A stretch of DNA of 64,000 nucleotides, taken from NCBI GenBank assembly GCA_963784055.1, contig CAWAPY010000011.1, forward strand, positions 276,069 through 340,068, given 5' to 3'. Of the stretch, positions 30,684-39,349 are shown in pieces. The DNA comes from an uncultured Actinomycetota bacterium. GTDB lineage: Bacteria > Actinomycetota > UBA4738 > HRBIN12. A program made the translations under genes and the position numbers. The notes under the pieces were generated by a model. The model saw only the letters and a program-made list of their open reading frames with translations, was not told the DNA's origin and did not search any database. The stretch's first letter is position 1; each line of letters opens with the position of its first letter.

Positions 30684-31453
30684 GCGAACGCCTCCGTTCG
30701 ATGAGCGACGACGACCTCGGTGCGGCCCTGTCCACCCTGGACATCGCGTGGCCGCCCACCCCGGCGCTGCAGGCCAGGGTCATGGCTCGTGCCACGTCGG
30801 AGCGGCCGGCGATCGTGCGTCTCCCCGTGTCCCGCCGCAAGCGGACCCTGCTCATCGCGGCCGCGACCGTGCTCCTGCTCGCCGGGGCTGCCGTCGCGGC
30901 GAGGATCGTCATCGACGTCGGCGCGGTCGTCGTGGAGGTCACGCCGAGTCAACCGGGGATCCTGCCGACGCCTTCGATCGCTCCGACGGGCGAATCGGTG
31001 ACCCTCGAAGAAGCGGCCGTCCTGCTCGGGCGAGACGTCCCGATCCCCGAGCGACTCGGTCCTCCGGATGGCGTCTGGGCCGATGAGGTCTTCGCGGAAG
31101 CTGGGGAGGTGGCGCGAGTCACCCTGGCGTGGCGAGCGCGACCCGGTCTCGCGGAGATCTCCGACACGCGATTCGGAGCCGTCCTGATGATCTTCGAGGG
31201 CGACGCCAACCTCGCCTCGAAGGATCTCTACGAGGACACCGGCGTGCTGCAGATCGAGTCGGTCGACGGGATCGAGTACTTCTGGACCACGGGCACGCAC
31301 CTCCTCGAGCTGCTTACGAGCGAGGGAGTCGCCTACGTGCGCGTCGAGGGCAACGTGCTCCTGTGGAGGGACGGTTCGCATACGATGCGCCTGGAGACCT
31401 CCCTGCCGAAGGCCGAGGTCATCCGGATCGCCGCGTCCGCGGGAACCCCTTGA
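30680..31453 (+). CDS. membrane-anchored protein coupled to ECF sigma (putative anti-sigma factor, no zf-HC2)
   Basis: In-frame part of track ORF 30350..31453, from an ATG overlapping the sigma stop (ATGA): MSERLRSMSDDDLGAALSTLDIAWPPTP...RKRTLLIAAATVLLLAGAAVAARIV (TM), followed by an extracytoplasmic domain of about 190 aa. Confidence 0.55.
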   Translation: MSERLRSMSDDDLGAALSTLDIAWPPTPALQARVMARATSERPAIVRLPVSRRKRTLLIAAATVLLLAGAAVAARIVIDVGAVVVEVTPSQPGILPTPSIAPTGESVTLEEAAVLLGRDVPIPERLGPPDGVWADEVFAEAGEVARVTLAWRARPGLAEISDTRFGAVLMIFEGDANLASKDLYEDTGVLQIESVDGIEYFWTTGTHLLELLTSEGVAYVRVEGNVLLWRDGSHTMRLETSLPKAEVIRIAASAGTP

Positions 31454-31498
31454 CGCCAGCCGGTGTAGCAGGGGCATCGGACGGCAGGAGGGATCGAC

Positions 31499-32071
31499 AT
31501 GAAGCGGGGGATGCTCCTCGGGACGATCGTCGCGGTTTCGGTGATCGTGGGGATTCCGGGCGCGGCGACGGCGGGAGGTGGCTGCCACACCGAGGCCACC
31601 ACGAGCGACGCGAGCGGCCAGAAGGAAGCAACGGTGCGGATGACCGACGCCTGCTTCGAGGCGACCGTGACCACCGTGGATCCCGGGGTGCCCGTCACGT
31701 TCGTGAACAGTGACGACGGCATCACCCACAATGTCGCCGGGAGTCAGTGGGGCCACTTCGAGGACATGTACCCGGGAGACGTGTTCACCGTGTCCTTCGA
31801 CGAGACCGGCATCTATCCCTTCGCCTGCTCCTACCACCCGGGCATGAGCGGTGCGATCGTGGTCGGCGACGGGAAGGGAGCCGGCACCGGGGAGACGATC
31901 TCGGTCGAGCCGCTCGCCCCCGCCCCCGCCGCAGTGACGACGCGTGTGGTGGCCGACGGTGGCGGCGCGGGAACAGGTGTGATCGCCTTGGCCGCGACCC
32001 TCGGTGGCCTGTTCGGCGCCGCGGTCACCCTCGGGGTCAGGCGATGGAGACGGGCACCGGCCGCGGCCTGA
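31499..32071 (+). CDS. cupredoxin (plastocyanin/azurin-like type-1 copper protein) with signal peptide and C-terminal TM anchor
   Basis: Track ORF, 190 aa. Signal MLLGTIVAVSVIVGIPGAATA. Copper ligand pattern DDGITHNV ... YPFACSYHPGMSGAIVV (His, Cys, His, Met). C-terminal helix VIALAATLGGLFGAAVTLGV followed by RRWRR. Confidence 0.8.
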   Translation: MKRGMLLGTIVAVSVIVGIPGAATAGGGCHTEATTSDASGQKEATVRMTDACFEATVTTVDPGVPVTFVNSDDGITHNVAGSQWGHFEDMYPGDVFTVSFDETGIYPFACSYHPGMSGAIVVGDGKGAGTGETISVEPLAPAPAAVTTRVVADGGGAGTGVIALAATLGGLFGAAVTLGVRRWRRAPAAA

Positions 32072-32077
32072 TCGGGA

Positions 32078-33223
32078 TCAGACGGGCAGGCTCAATCCCA
32101 CCTGCTGCATCGCGAGTTCGAAGTCGTGGCGGCTCGACACGGCTTCGAACGCCGCCTCTGTGCTGATCTTCCCCTCCTGGAGGAGCACCAGCAGCGACTG
32201 GTCGAACGTCATCATCCCGTAGAAGGCGCCGTCGGCGACGACCTCCTGGATCTCGCTCGTCCGCTCCGGGTCGACGATCCGCTCGGCGATCCGGCCGTTG
32301 TTCACCAGGATCTCGAGGGTGGGGGTGCGGCCGCCGTCGACCGTGGCGACGAGGCGCTGGCAGATGATGCCGCGGAGCGTGCCGGCGAGTGCCAGTCGCA
32401 CCTGCTTCTGTTGGTAGGGCGGGAAGAAGTCGATCACACGGTTGACGGTCTCCGTGGCGTCGACCGTATGGAGCGTGGACAGGACGAGGTGTCCCGTCTC
32501 GGCCGCCTGGATCGCGGCCCGCACGGTCTCGGTGTCCCGCATCTCGCCGATCAGGATGACGTCGGGATCCTGCCGAAGGGCCGCGCGCAACGCCGAGAGG
32601 AAGTCCTGCGTGTCGTTGCCGATCTCACGCTGGTTGATCGAGGCCACCGCGTCGCGGTGGAGCACCTCGATCGGGTCCTCGATCGTGACGATGTGCACCG
32701 GCTTGGTCTCGTTGATGTAGCCGATCATCGAGGCGAGGGTCGTGGTCTTGCCCGATCCGGTCGGGCCGGTCACGAGGATCAGCCCTCGGTGCTCATCGGC
32801 CAGCCGCCGGACCGTGTCCGGCAACCCCATCTCCTCGAAGGTGGGTCCGCCGAACCGGAGGCGGCGGAGGACCATCGAGATCGAGCCCCGCTGTTTGAAG
32901 ACGTTGGCGCGGAACCGGCCGACGTCCCGCAGGGAGTACGCGAAGTCGATCTCGCCTGTCCTGTCGAAGGCCTCCTTCCGGTCCGCCGGGATGATGCTCT
33001 CGGCGATCGCGGCGGTCTCCACCGGCGTGATCGGGTCGCGAGACATCCGCTCCAGCCCACCGGGCAGCCTGATCATCGGCGGCGAACCGACCTTCACGTG
33101 CAGGTCCGAGCCCTGCCCGACCATCAGCTCCTTGAGCCAGCCGTCGAACTCCGCAACGGTGGAATCACTGTTCTCCACTGCGCCACACCTCGTCTCGAGC
33201 GATGGCCGCGCAACGCGCACCAT
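32078..33223 (-). CDS. pilT: type IV pilus retraction ATPase PilT family
   Basis: Track ORF 32078..33268. Start taken at Met 16 (GAGGGAGGA lies 11 nt upstream); GTG 33178 is also possible. Motifs: GSDLHVKVGSPPMIR, Walker A GPTGSGKTTT, DPIE, Walker B DVILIGEMRD, His box TGHLVLSTLHT. Confidence 0.9.
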   Translation of the reverse strand: MVRVARPSLETRCGAVENSDSTVAEFDGWLKELMVGQGSDLHVKVGSPPMIRLPGGLERMSRDPITPVETAAIAESIIPADRKEAFDRTGEIDFAYSLRDVGRFRANVFKQRGSISMVLRRLRFGGPTFEEMGLPDTVRRLADEHRGLILVTGPTGSGKTTTLASMIGYINETKPVHIVTIEDPIEVLHRDAVASINQREIGNDTQDFLSALRAALRQDPDVILIGEMRDTETVRAAIQAAETGHLVLSTLHTVDATETVNRVIDFFPPYQQKQVRLALAGTLRGIICQRLVATVDGGRTPTLEILVNNGRIAERIVDPERTSEIQEVVADGAFYGMMTFDQSLLVLLQEGKISTEAAFEAVSSRHDFELAMQQVGLSLPV

Positions 33224-33296
33224 CCACGCTCGGTTCCTCCCTCTCCCATCGGCCGGTCGGACGACCAACTTCAGCGCGACCGGAGAGTTGCCGTGC

Positions 33297-33971
33297 TCAG
33301 GCGCCGGCGATCACCCGGCAGACCGAGCTGCGGTCGGCGAGGGGTTCGAAGGCCTTCAGATGGAGACGAGGGCGCGACCCCTCCAACATCCCTTCGAGGA
33401 GGCCTCGGTGCACCGAGCACACCAGCTCCCGGTGCTCCTCGAGCAGGTCGCGGAACGGACAGCCGCGCAGGGCGATCTCCACGGTCCGGGTTCCCTTGCG
33501 CCGGAAGCGCGGATCGAACCCCGCTTCGGCCAGCGCTTCCCGGAGCCCCGCCAGGTTCGGCCCCGGACGCCGCGCACCGGGCGGCGGCGCGTACCGGGTG
33601 ACGAGATAGTCGCCCCACTCTCGAGCGAGGGTGTGGGCACCGGCCCGAGCGCGCGACCCGGTCGTGAGCGTCGCCAGGATGTCTGCGAGCAAGCGGTAGT
33701 CACGCCCCTCTCGGTCGCCCGTAGCCACAGCGGTGTACACGGTCTGGGGGCGCCCGACCGCCGATGGGCCTCGTCGCGTCTCCGACGCGACGAGGCCCGC
33801 GTCGGCGAGCCGACGCAGGTGTGGACGGATCGTGTTGGCGTGCAGGCTCAGGCGGGTGGCCAGCTCGCGGACCGGAACCGGCCGGCCGGACAGACGCAGG
33901 TACCGGTAGAGCCGGTAGCGCGTGTCGTCCGCGAGGGCCTTGTGGATCTCGATGGGGGCGGGTTCGTTCAT
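33297..33971 (-). CDS. ArsR-family HTH regulator with Cys-containing C-terminal domain
   Basis: Track ORF, 224 aa. HTH ALADDTRYRLYRYLRLSGRPVPVRELATRLSLHANTIRPHLRRLADAGLV. C-terminal half contains RGCPFRDLLEEHRELVCSVHRG and SSVCRV. Confidence 0.8.
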   Translation of the reverse strand: MNEPAPIEIHKALADDTRYRLYRYLRLSGRPVPVRELATRLSLHANTIRPHLRRLADAGLVASETRRGPSAVGRPQTVYTAVATGDREGRDYRLLADILATLTTGSRARAGAHTLAREWGDYLVTRYAPPPGARRPGPNLAGLREALAEAGFDPRFRRKGTRTVEIALRGCPFRDLLEEHRELVCSVHRGLLEGMLEGSRPRLHLKAFEPLADRSSVCRVIAGA

Positions 33972-33997
33972 CTCCGCATCTCGTACGATGGGCTTTG

Positions 33998-34013
33998 CAC
34001 GGTTCGCACCGTG
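33998..34013. promoter_or_regulatory. inverted repeat CACGGT-N4-ACCGTG in the divergent ArsR / mrp intergenic region (candidate operator)
   Basis: cacggt tcgc accgtg, with perfect 6-nt arms. It lies 27 nt upstream of the ArsR ATG (33971) and 49 nt upstream of the mrp GTG (34062). Confidence 0.35.
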
Positions 34014-34061
34014 TCAACCAGAGCTTAGACCCCAGGCCCGAGAGAGACCCGAGGAGAGCCC

Positions 34062-35165
34062 GTGGCGACGGAGGCGCAGGTCCGGGAAGCCCTGAAGGGC
34101 GTCCGGGACCCCGAGATCGGCCGTCCGATCGACGAGATCGGGATGTTGCGATCCGTCGTGGTGGACGGCGGCATCGTCCACGTCCACGTCTTGCTGACCA
34201 TCGAGGGATGTCCGCTCAAGGATCGGATCACGAGCGACGTGACCGCCGCCGTCCAGCCGCTCGAAGGGGTGGAGCGTGTCGAGGTGGAGCTCACGCCGAT
34301 GAGCTCGGAAGAGCGGGAGAAGCTCGTCTCGGGCCTCCGCGGGGGACAACCTGCCGCACCGGAGACCACCATCGCGTTCCCGCCGCAGACCGCGATCATC
34401 GCGATCGCCTCGGGCAAGGGTGGCGTGGGCAAGTCCAGCGTCACGGTGAACCTGGCCGCCGCGCTCGCGAAGACAGGTCGCTCGGTCGGGGTGCTGGACG
34501 CCGACGTGTGGGGCTTCAGCGTCCCGCGGATGCTGGGCGCGGTCGGCAAGCCCGTGGGGTTCAACGACATGATCCTGCCGCTGGAGGCCCACGGGGTGAA
34601 GGTGATCTCGATGGGTCATTTCGTGCCCGAGGAGACACCGGTGATCTGGCGCGGCCCGATGTTGCACAAGGCGATCCAGCAGTTCCTCGGCGACGTCTGG
34701 TGGGGCGACCTCGACTTCCTGCTCTGCGACCTGCCGCCGGGGACCGGCGATGTGTCGATCTCGCTCGCCTCGTTCATCCCGGGCGCGTCGATGCTCGTGG
34801 TGACGACTCCGCAGGACGCGGCCCGGAAGGTCGCCGAGCGCGCCGGCAAGATGGCCGAACGCACGAACCTCCGGCCTCTGGGCGTCATCGAGAACATGTC
34901 GTGGTTCGTGTGTCCTCACTGCGGGGAGCGCGAGACGATCTTCGGCGAAGGCGGCGGTCGCGAAGCCGCCGAGACGCTCGGGATCCCGCTGATGGCGCAG
35001 GTGCCGCTCGTGCCCGCGCTCCGCGCCGGTGGAGACGAGGGCATGCCGATCGTGGTCTCGGATCCGGACTCACCCGCCGCGGTCGCGTTGAGCGAGGCAG
35101 CCGAGGCGGTCGTCCGCGCGACGAAATCGAAGGTCGGCAAGCCGCTCCAGCTGATGGCTCGCTAG
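34062..35165 (+). CDS. apbC: Mrp/ApbC/NBP35-family Fe-S cluster carrier ATPase
   Basis: Track ORF, 367 aa. N-terminal DUF59-like region (VRDPEIGRPIDEIGML), deviant Walker A ASGKGGVGKSS, DLPPGTGD, and the CPHCG cluster-binding motif (ENMSWFVCPHCGERETIFG). Confidence 0.92.
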   Translation: MATEAQVREALKGVRDPEIGRPIDEIGMLRSVVVDGGIVHVHVLLTIEGCPLKDRITSDVTAAVQPLEGVERVEVELTPMSSEEREKLVSGLRGGQPAAPETTIAFPPQTAIIAIASGKGGVGKSSVTVNLAAALAKTGRSVGVLDADVWGFSVPRMLGAVGKPVGFNDMILPLEAHGVKVISMGHFVPEETPVIWRGPMLHKAIQQFLGDVWWGDLDFLLCDLPPGTGDVSISLASFIPGASMLVVTTPQDAARKVAERAGKMAERTNLRPLGVIENMSWFVCPHCGERETIFGEGGGREAAETLGIPLMAQVPLVPALRAGGDEGMPIVVSDPDSPAAVALSEAAEAVVRATKSKVGKPLQLMAR

Positions 35166-35233
35166 CGCCCGCCCACCCTCAGGGAACGCCTGCACTGCAT
35201 CCCCACCTGGGGGTACGTAACCGATACGTGGGA

Positions 35234-35263
35234 TTGACGCGGCAAGGAACCGCAAGCTAGTTT
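35234..35263 (+). promoter_or_regulatory. candidate sigma-70-type promoter for the M4 protease gene
   Basis: TTGACG, 17-18 nt spacer, then (C)TAGTTT, which fits the TANNNT -10 pattern. This implies a 5' leader of about 120 nt before ATG 35388. Pattern match only. Confidence 0.3.
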
Positions 35264-35387
35264 CCGAGTGGCGTCGAAGCGCGAACGCATTCGCTCATCG
35301 GGGGGTGGGCGGCGAGGTCTCTCGGCCTGGCAACGACCACGACGCGCCTGTCGGATCGGCGGTCGTCGGCACGAGAGGAGAGACCGG

Positions 35388-38258
35388 ATGAACCGAACCA
35401 AGCGTCTGGGCGTCATCTTCGTGATGCTCGCAACGATGCTCGGCCTGGTGATCGGCGGGAGCCTGCCGGCCAGCGGGCAGTCGAACGGCGGATCGAAAGG
35501 CGTCGGAGCGGCGTCGCTCCAGCGGCTCCGTCGGGATGCGATCGGCGACGTGAAGCTGAGCGTCGACCGAGGCACGAGGTACGTCGGCTTCGCCCGCGTG
35601 GCGAAGGGTGGCGACCTCTTCCCCGAGAGCCGGAGCGCGACGCCGCAGGGCAAGGCCCGTGGTTTCTTCGCCGAATACGCGGGGCTCTTCGGGATCCGGG
35701 ATGCGTCTGCGGAGCTGCGCCTGGTGTCGACGACGACGGATGCCCAGGGCTTCACACACGTGTCGTACGAACAGACCTACGAAGGTCTCCCGGTGTTCGC
35801 GGGCCTCGTACGGGCGCACCTCGATCGCGCCAACAGGCTGACGGCCGTCAACGGCACGTTCGTACCGAACGTCGACCTGAGCACCGATGCCAGGCTCTCC
35901 CCGGCGCAGGCGGCACAGAAGGCGATCGCCGATGTCCTCGCTCGTCCGCCGGTCACGGAGGAGAGCGCTGACGGAGCCGCGGCCGCTCCCACCGGCCTTC
36001 GGGCGGCCTCGACCACGCTCGAGGTCTACCGGATGGGGCTCGTCCGGAACGTACCTGGCTCGAACCAGCTGGTCTACGAGGTCGAGGTCACGAACGGAGC
36101 TGACGTCCGCGAGTTCGTCTTCGTCCACGCGAACGCAGGGAAGATCGTGAACCGCTACTCGGGGGTTCACAACGACCTCTTCCGCCGCGTCTTCGAGGAG
36201 AACTTCGACCCGGACGACCAGGTGTGGGAGGAAGGCGACCCCTTCCCCGGTGACCTGACCGAGGACCAGCAGAACATCGTCACGTTCAGCGGGCACTCGT
36301 ACCACTTCTTCTCCCACGCCTTCGGTCGGGACTCCTACGACGGCGCGGGCGCGGAGATGCAGACGGTCAACAACGACCCCCGCATCAGCTGCCCGAACGC
36401 GAACTGGAACGGCATCACGACGAACTACTGCACGGGCGTGACCGGTGACGACACGGTCGCCCACGAGTGGGGGCACGCCTACACGGAGTACACCCACAAC
36501 CTGATCTACCAGTGGCAGTCGGGCGCCCTGAACGAGTCCTACTCGGACATCTGGGGCGACGTCGTCGACCTGATCAACGGCGCCGGGCAGGACACGCCGG
36601 GCGGGAACCGAGCGGTCGGCACGTGCTCGAGCCAGACCAGCCACAAGAACTGGCCGACCGTGATCGTCAACCAGCCGGCGTCGCTCGGCACGTGCGCGGC
36701 CGCCCCCGCGGGGTTCGGCCCGCGGCTGACCACGACCGGCGTGACGGCGGATGTCGTGCTGTCGAACGACGGCAAGGGCTCGCCCACGGACGGGTGCACC
36801 AGCCCGAACAACGCCCAGGCGATCGACGGCAACATCGCGCTGGTCGATCGGGGAACGTGCACGTTCACGGTCAAGGTCGCGAACATGCAGAAGGTCGGAG
36901 CGACCGGCGTGATGATCGTGAACAACGTCATCGGGGGTCCGTCGATCATGCCGGGGGTCGACCCCTCGATCACGATCCCCTCGGTGATCGATCTCCCGGA
37001 CCGCGGGCGCGTCGATCAAGCGGCGCTCCCCGTGGTGAACGTCACGATGAAGGCGCGTGCCCCCTCGGGCAGCTCCTTCCGGTGGCTCTCCGGAGAGGAC
37101 GACCCCGCGTTCGATGGCGCGATCCGCGACATGTGGGATCCGACCTGTCTCGGAGACCCCGGGAAGGTGACGGATCAGGAGTACTTCTGCGCCGGCGACG
37201 ACAACGGCGGCGTCCACACCAACTCGGGCGTCCCGAACCACGGGTTCGCGCTGCTCGTCGACGGCGGGACCTACAACGGACAGACCGTCGCGGGCATCGG
37301 GCTGACGAAGGCCGCCCACCTGTACTGGCGGGCGGGATCGGTCTATCAAACCCCGTCGAGCGACTTCCCCGATCACGCGGACGCGCTCCTCGCCTCCTGC
37401 AACGACCTCGTGGGGGTGCGACTGCCCAACCTCGGGACGGGGAGCTCCCCGCCGGGCGGCGCCCGGCAGGCGATCACGTCCGGCAACTGTGCATCGGTCC
37501 TCGCGATGACGGATGCGGTGGAGTTCCGGACCAACCCGACGACGCAGTGCAACTTCCAACCGATCCTGCGAGGCGACGCGCCTCCGGTCTGCGGTGGCGA
37601 GACGGCCGACGTCGTCTTCACCGAGGACTTCGAGACGGGACTGGACGGTTGGACGCTCACGAACCAAGGCGTGTTCGAGGGCTGGCCGGACCTGGACTGG
37701 ACGACCGACTCGAGCCTGCCCGCCGGCGAGACCGGGTCGGCCGCGTTCGGAGCAGACCCGGACGGTGGAGATTGCGGCGCGGGTGCCAACGACATCTCCG
37801 GTGTGATGCGGATGGAGAGTCCCTCGATCACGTTGCCCGGCGGCACGCAGCGCCTGTCGTTCGATCACTACATCGCCACGGAGCAGGGATGGGACGGCGG
37901 CAACGTGTCGATCAGCGTGAACGGACGCGCGTACTCGCTGATCCCGGCGTCCGCGTTCCTGTTCAATCCGTACAACGCGACGCTCCAGACCGTGGCGGCG
38001 GGGAACACGAACCCCATGGCCGGCCAGCCCGGTTTCACCGGGACCGACGCGGGAGAGCTGGTCAGCTCCTGGGGGACGTCGATCATCGACCTGGCGGCGA
38101 CGGGTGCCCGTCTCCGGCCAGGCGACGTCGTCCGGTTCCGGTTCGACATGGGGATGGACGGCTGCACCGGCATCGACGGCTGGTACGTCGATGACGTGAC
38201 GGTCTCCGTCTGCGGAACGGCCGCCGCGGCGACGAAGGAGGACGCCGCGAGCGCCTGA
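35388..38258 (+). CDS. secreted multidomain M4 (thermolysin-like) zinc metalloprotease with PA-domain insert and C-terminal accessory domain
   Basis: Track ORF 35268..38258 trimmed to ATG 35388 (GAGAGGAGAG upstream). Signal MNRTKRLGVIFVMLATMLGLVIGGSLPASG. FTP/PepSY-like propeptide. HEXXH VAHEWGHAYTE plus GALNESYSDIWGD. PA-like insert AIDGNIALVDRGTCTFTVKVANMQKVGATGVMIVNN. GGVHTNSGVPNH. The C-terminal ~270 aa (FTEDFETGLDGWTL...GWYVDDVTV) is intact with no frame break. Confidence 0.88.
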   Translation: MNRTKRLGVIFVMLATMLGLVIGGSLPASGQSNGGSKGVGAASLQRLRRDAIGDVKLSVDRGTRYVGFARVAKGGDLFPESRSATPQGKARGFFAEYAGLFGIRDASAELRLVSTTTDAQGFTHVSYEQTYEGLPVFAGLVRAHLDRANRLTAVNGTFVPNVDLSTDARLSPAQAAQKAIADVLARPPVTEESADGAAAAPTGLRAASTTLEVYRMGLVRNVPGSNQLVYEVEVTNGADVREFVFVHANAGKIVNRYSGVHNDLFRRVFEENFDPDDQVWEEGDPFPGDLTEDQQNIVTFSGHSYHFFSHAFGRDSYDGAGAEMQTVNNDPRISCPNANWNGITTNYCTGVTGDDTVAHEWGHAYTEYTHNLIYQWQSGALNESYSDIWGDVVDLINGAGQDTPGGNRAVGTCSSQTSHKNWPTVIVNQPASLGTCAAAPAGFGPRLTTTGVTADVVLSNDGKGSPTDGCTSPNNAQAIDGNIALVDRGTCTFTVKVANMQKVGATGVMIVNNVIGGPSIMPGVDPSITIPSVIDLPDRGRVDQAALPVVNVTMKARAPSGSSFRWLSGEDDPAFDGAIRDMWDPTCLGDPGKVTDQEYFCAGDDNGGVHTNSGVPNHGFALLVDGGTYNGQTVAGIGLTKAAHLYWRAGSVYQTPSSDFPDHADALLASCNDLVGVRLPNLGTGSSPPGGARQAITSGNCASVLAMTDAVEFRTNPTTQCNFQPILRGDAPPVCGGETADVVFTEDFETGLDGWTLTNQGVFEGWPDLDWTTDSSLPAGETGSAAFGADPDGGDCGAGANDISGVMRMESPSITLPGGTQRLSFDHYIATEQGWDGGNVSISVNGRAYSLIPASAFLFNPYNATLQTVAAGNTNPMAGQPGFTGTDAGELVSSWGTSIIDLAATGARLRPGDVVRFRFDMGMDGCTGIDGWYVDDVTVSVCGTAAAATKEDAASA

Positions 38259-38266
38259 TCGAACGA

Positions 38267-38303
38267 GGGCGCCGGCGGTCCGGTCTCCGGGCCGCCGGCG
38301 CCC
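38267..38303 (+). terminator. GC-rich hairpin after the protease gene (intrinsic terminator candidate)
   Basis: gggcgccggcgg - tccggtctccggg - ccgccggcgccc, a 12-bp perfect stem starting 9 nt after the stop codon. No U-tract. Confidence 0.5.
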
Positions 38304-38341
38304 GATCCACCCGTCCGACCGGAACTCCGTATGCTCGCGCG

Positions 38342-39346
38342 ATGGACGTGCTCTCGTACCGTCCGGACCCTTCGGAGTTCGCGTGGACCTTCGGCGGCGT
38401 GCCGCCGGTGCGGACGGTCAGGCCCGGCGACATCCTCGAGCTGTGGACGGAGGACGCCTTCGGCGGGAAGGTCCGCGGGCCGGACGATCACGTCTCGCGC
38501 GTGATCGAGTTCCCCTTCGTGAATCCGCAGACCGGACCGTTCTTCGTGGAGGGAGCGGAGCCGGGTGACACCTTGGCGATCCACTTCATCTCGATCGAGC
38601 CGTCCCGCGACTGGGCCGCATCCTGCACGGTGCCGCTGTTCGGGGCGCTCACGGCCACCGCTCGGACGGCGATGCTGCACGACCCGCTCCCGGAGCGCGT
38701 CTGGATCTACGAGGTGGACAGGGACGCGCGCACGGTGGCGTACCGCGCGACCGAGGGCGATCACACCGCCACCCTGCCCCTCGACCCCATGCACGGCACG
38801 GTCGGCGTCGCTCCCGCGGCGTTCGAGGCCCGGTCCTCGCTCGTCCCGGACGCGCACGGCGGGAACATGGACACGCCGGAGATGCGGGCGGGGGTCACCT
38901 GCTACCTCGGGGTGAACGTCGAGGGCGCGCTGTTCTCGATCGGCGACGGGCATTGCCGGCAGGGCGAGGGAGAGACCTGCGGCGTCGCGGTGGAGGCCGC
39001 GATGGACACGGTCGTCGCGGTCGACGTCGTGAAGGGCCGTCCGACGCCCTGGCCGCGACTCGAGAGCGACACCCACCTGATGTCGACGGGCTCGGCCCGT
39101 CCCCTCGAAGACGCGTTCCGCATCGCCCACGCCGACCTGGTGTCCTGGATGGGAGACGAGTTCGGGCTCGAGGCGCTGGACGCGTATCAGCTGCTGACGC
39201 AGGTCAGCGAATCGCCCGTCGCCAACGTCGTGGATCCCAACTACACGTTCCTCACGAAGGTGCGGAAGGAGTACCTGCCCCGCGTGGATACCTACGACGG
39301 TGTCCACGCGCGACTGCGCGACACCGCCGTCCGCTACCGGGGCTGA
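38342..39346 (+). CDS. acetamidase/formamidase family protein
   Basis: Track ORF, 334 aa. Motifs: NPQTGPFFVEGAEPGDTLAIHF, HGTVGVAP, GGNMD, LFSIGDGHCRQGEGETCGVAVE. Confidence 0.88.
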   Translation: MDVLSYRPDPSEFAWTFGGVPPVRTVRPGDILELWTEDAFGGKVRGPDDHVSRVIEFPFVNPQTGPFFVEGAEPGDTLAIHFISIEPSRDWAASCTVPLFGALTATARTAMLHDPLPERVWIYEVDRDARTVAYRATEGDHTATLPLDPMHGTVGVAPAAFEARSSLVPDAHGGNMDTPEMRAGVTCYLGVNVEGALFSIGDGHCRQGEGETCGVAVEAAMDTVVAVDVVKGRPTPWPRLESDTHLMSTGSARPLEDAFRIAHADLVSWMGDEFGLEALDAYQLLTQVSESPVANVVDPNYTFLTKVRKEYLPRVDTYDGVHARLRDTAVRYRG

Positions 39347-39349
39347 GGG

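Noticed and set aside
35295-37868. 857-aa minus-strand ORF opposite the M4 protease, and similar long shadow ORFs (6880..8148 minus, 37868..39307 minus, 44140..46173 plus, 51266..53182 plus, 54779..57079 plus, 59674..60918 plus)
   Set aside because: These are typical GC-rich antisense or off-frame shadows. They are dominated by Arg/Pro/Gly/Asp/His, carry no recognisable motifs, and each fully overlaps a gene with strong family signatures on the other strand or frame.
38342-39346. Formamidase as the missing final hut enzyme (formamide from formiminoglutamase)
   Set aside because: It lies 8 kb from the hut genes and is separated from them by unrelated operons. No formiminoglutamase is visible, so the link is speculation only.
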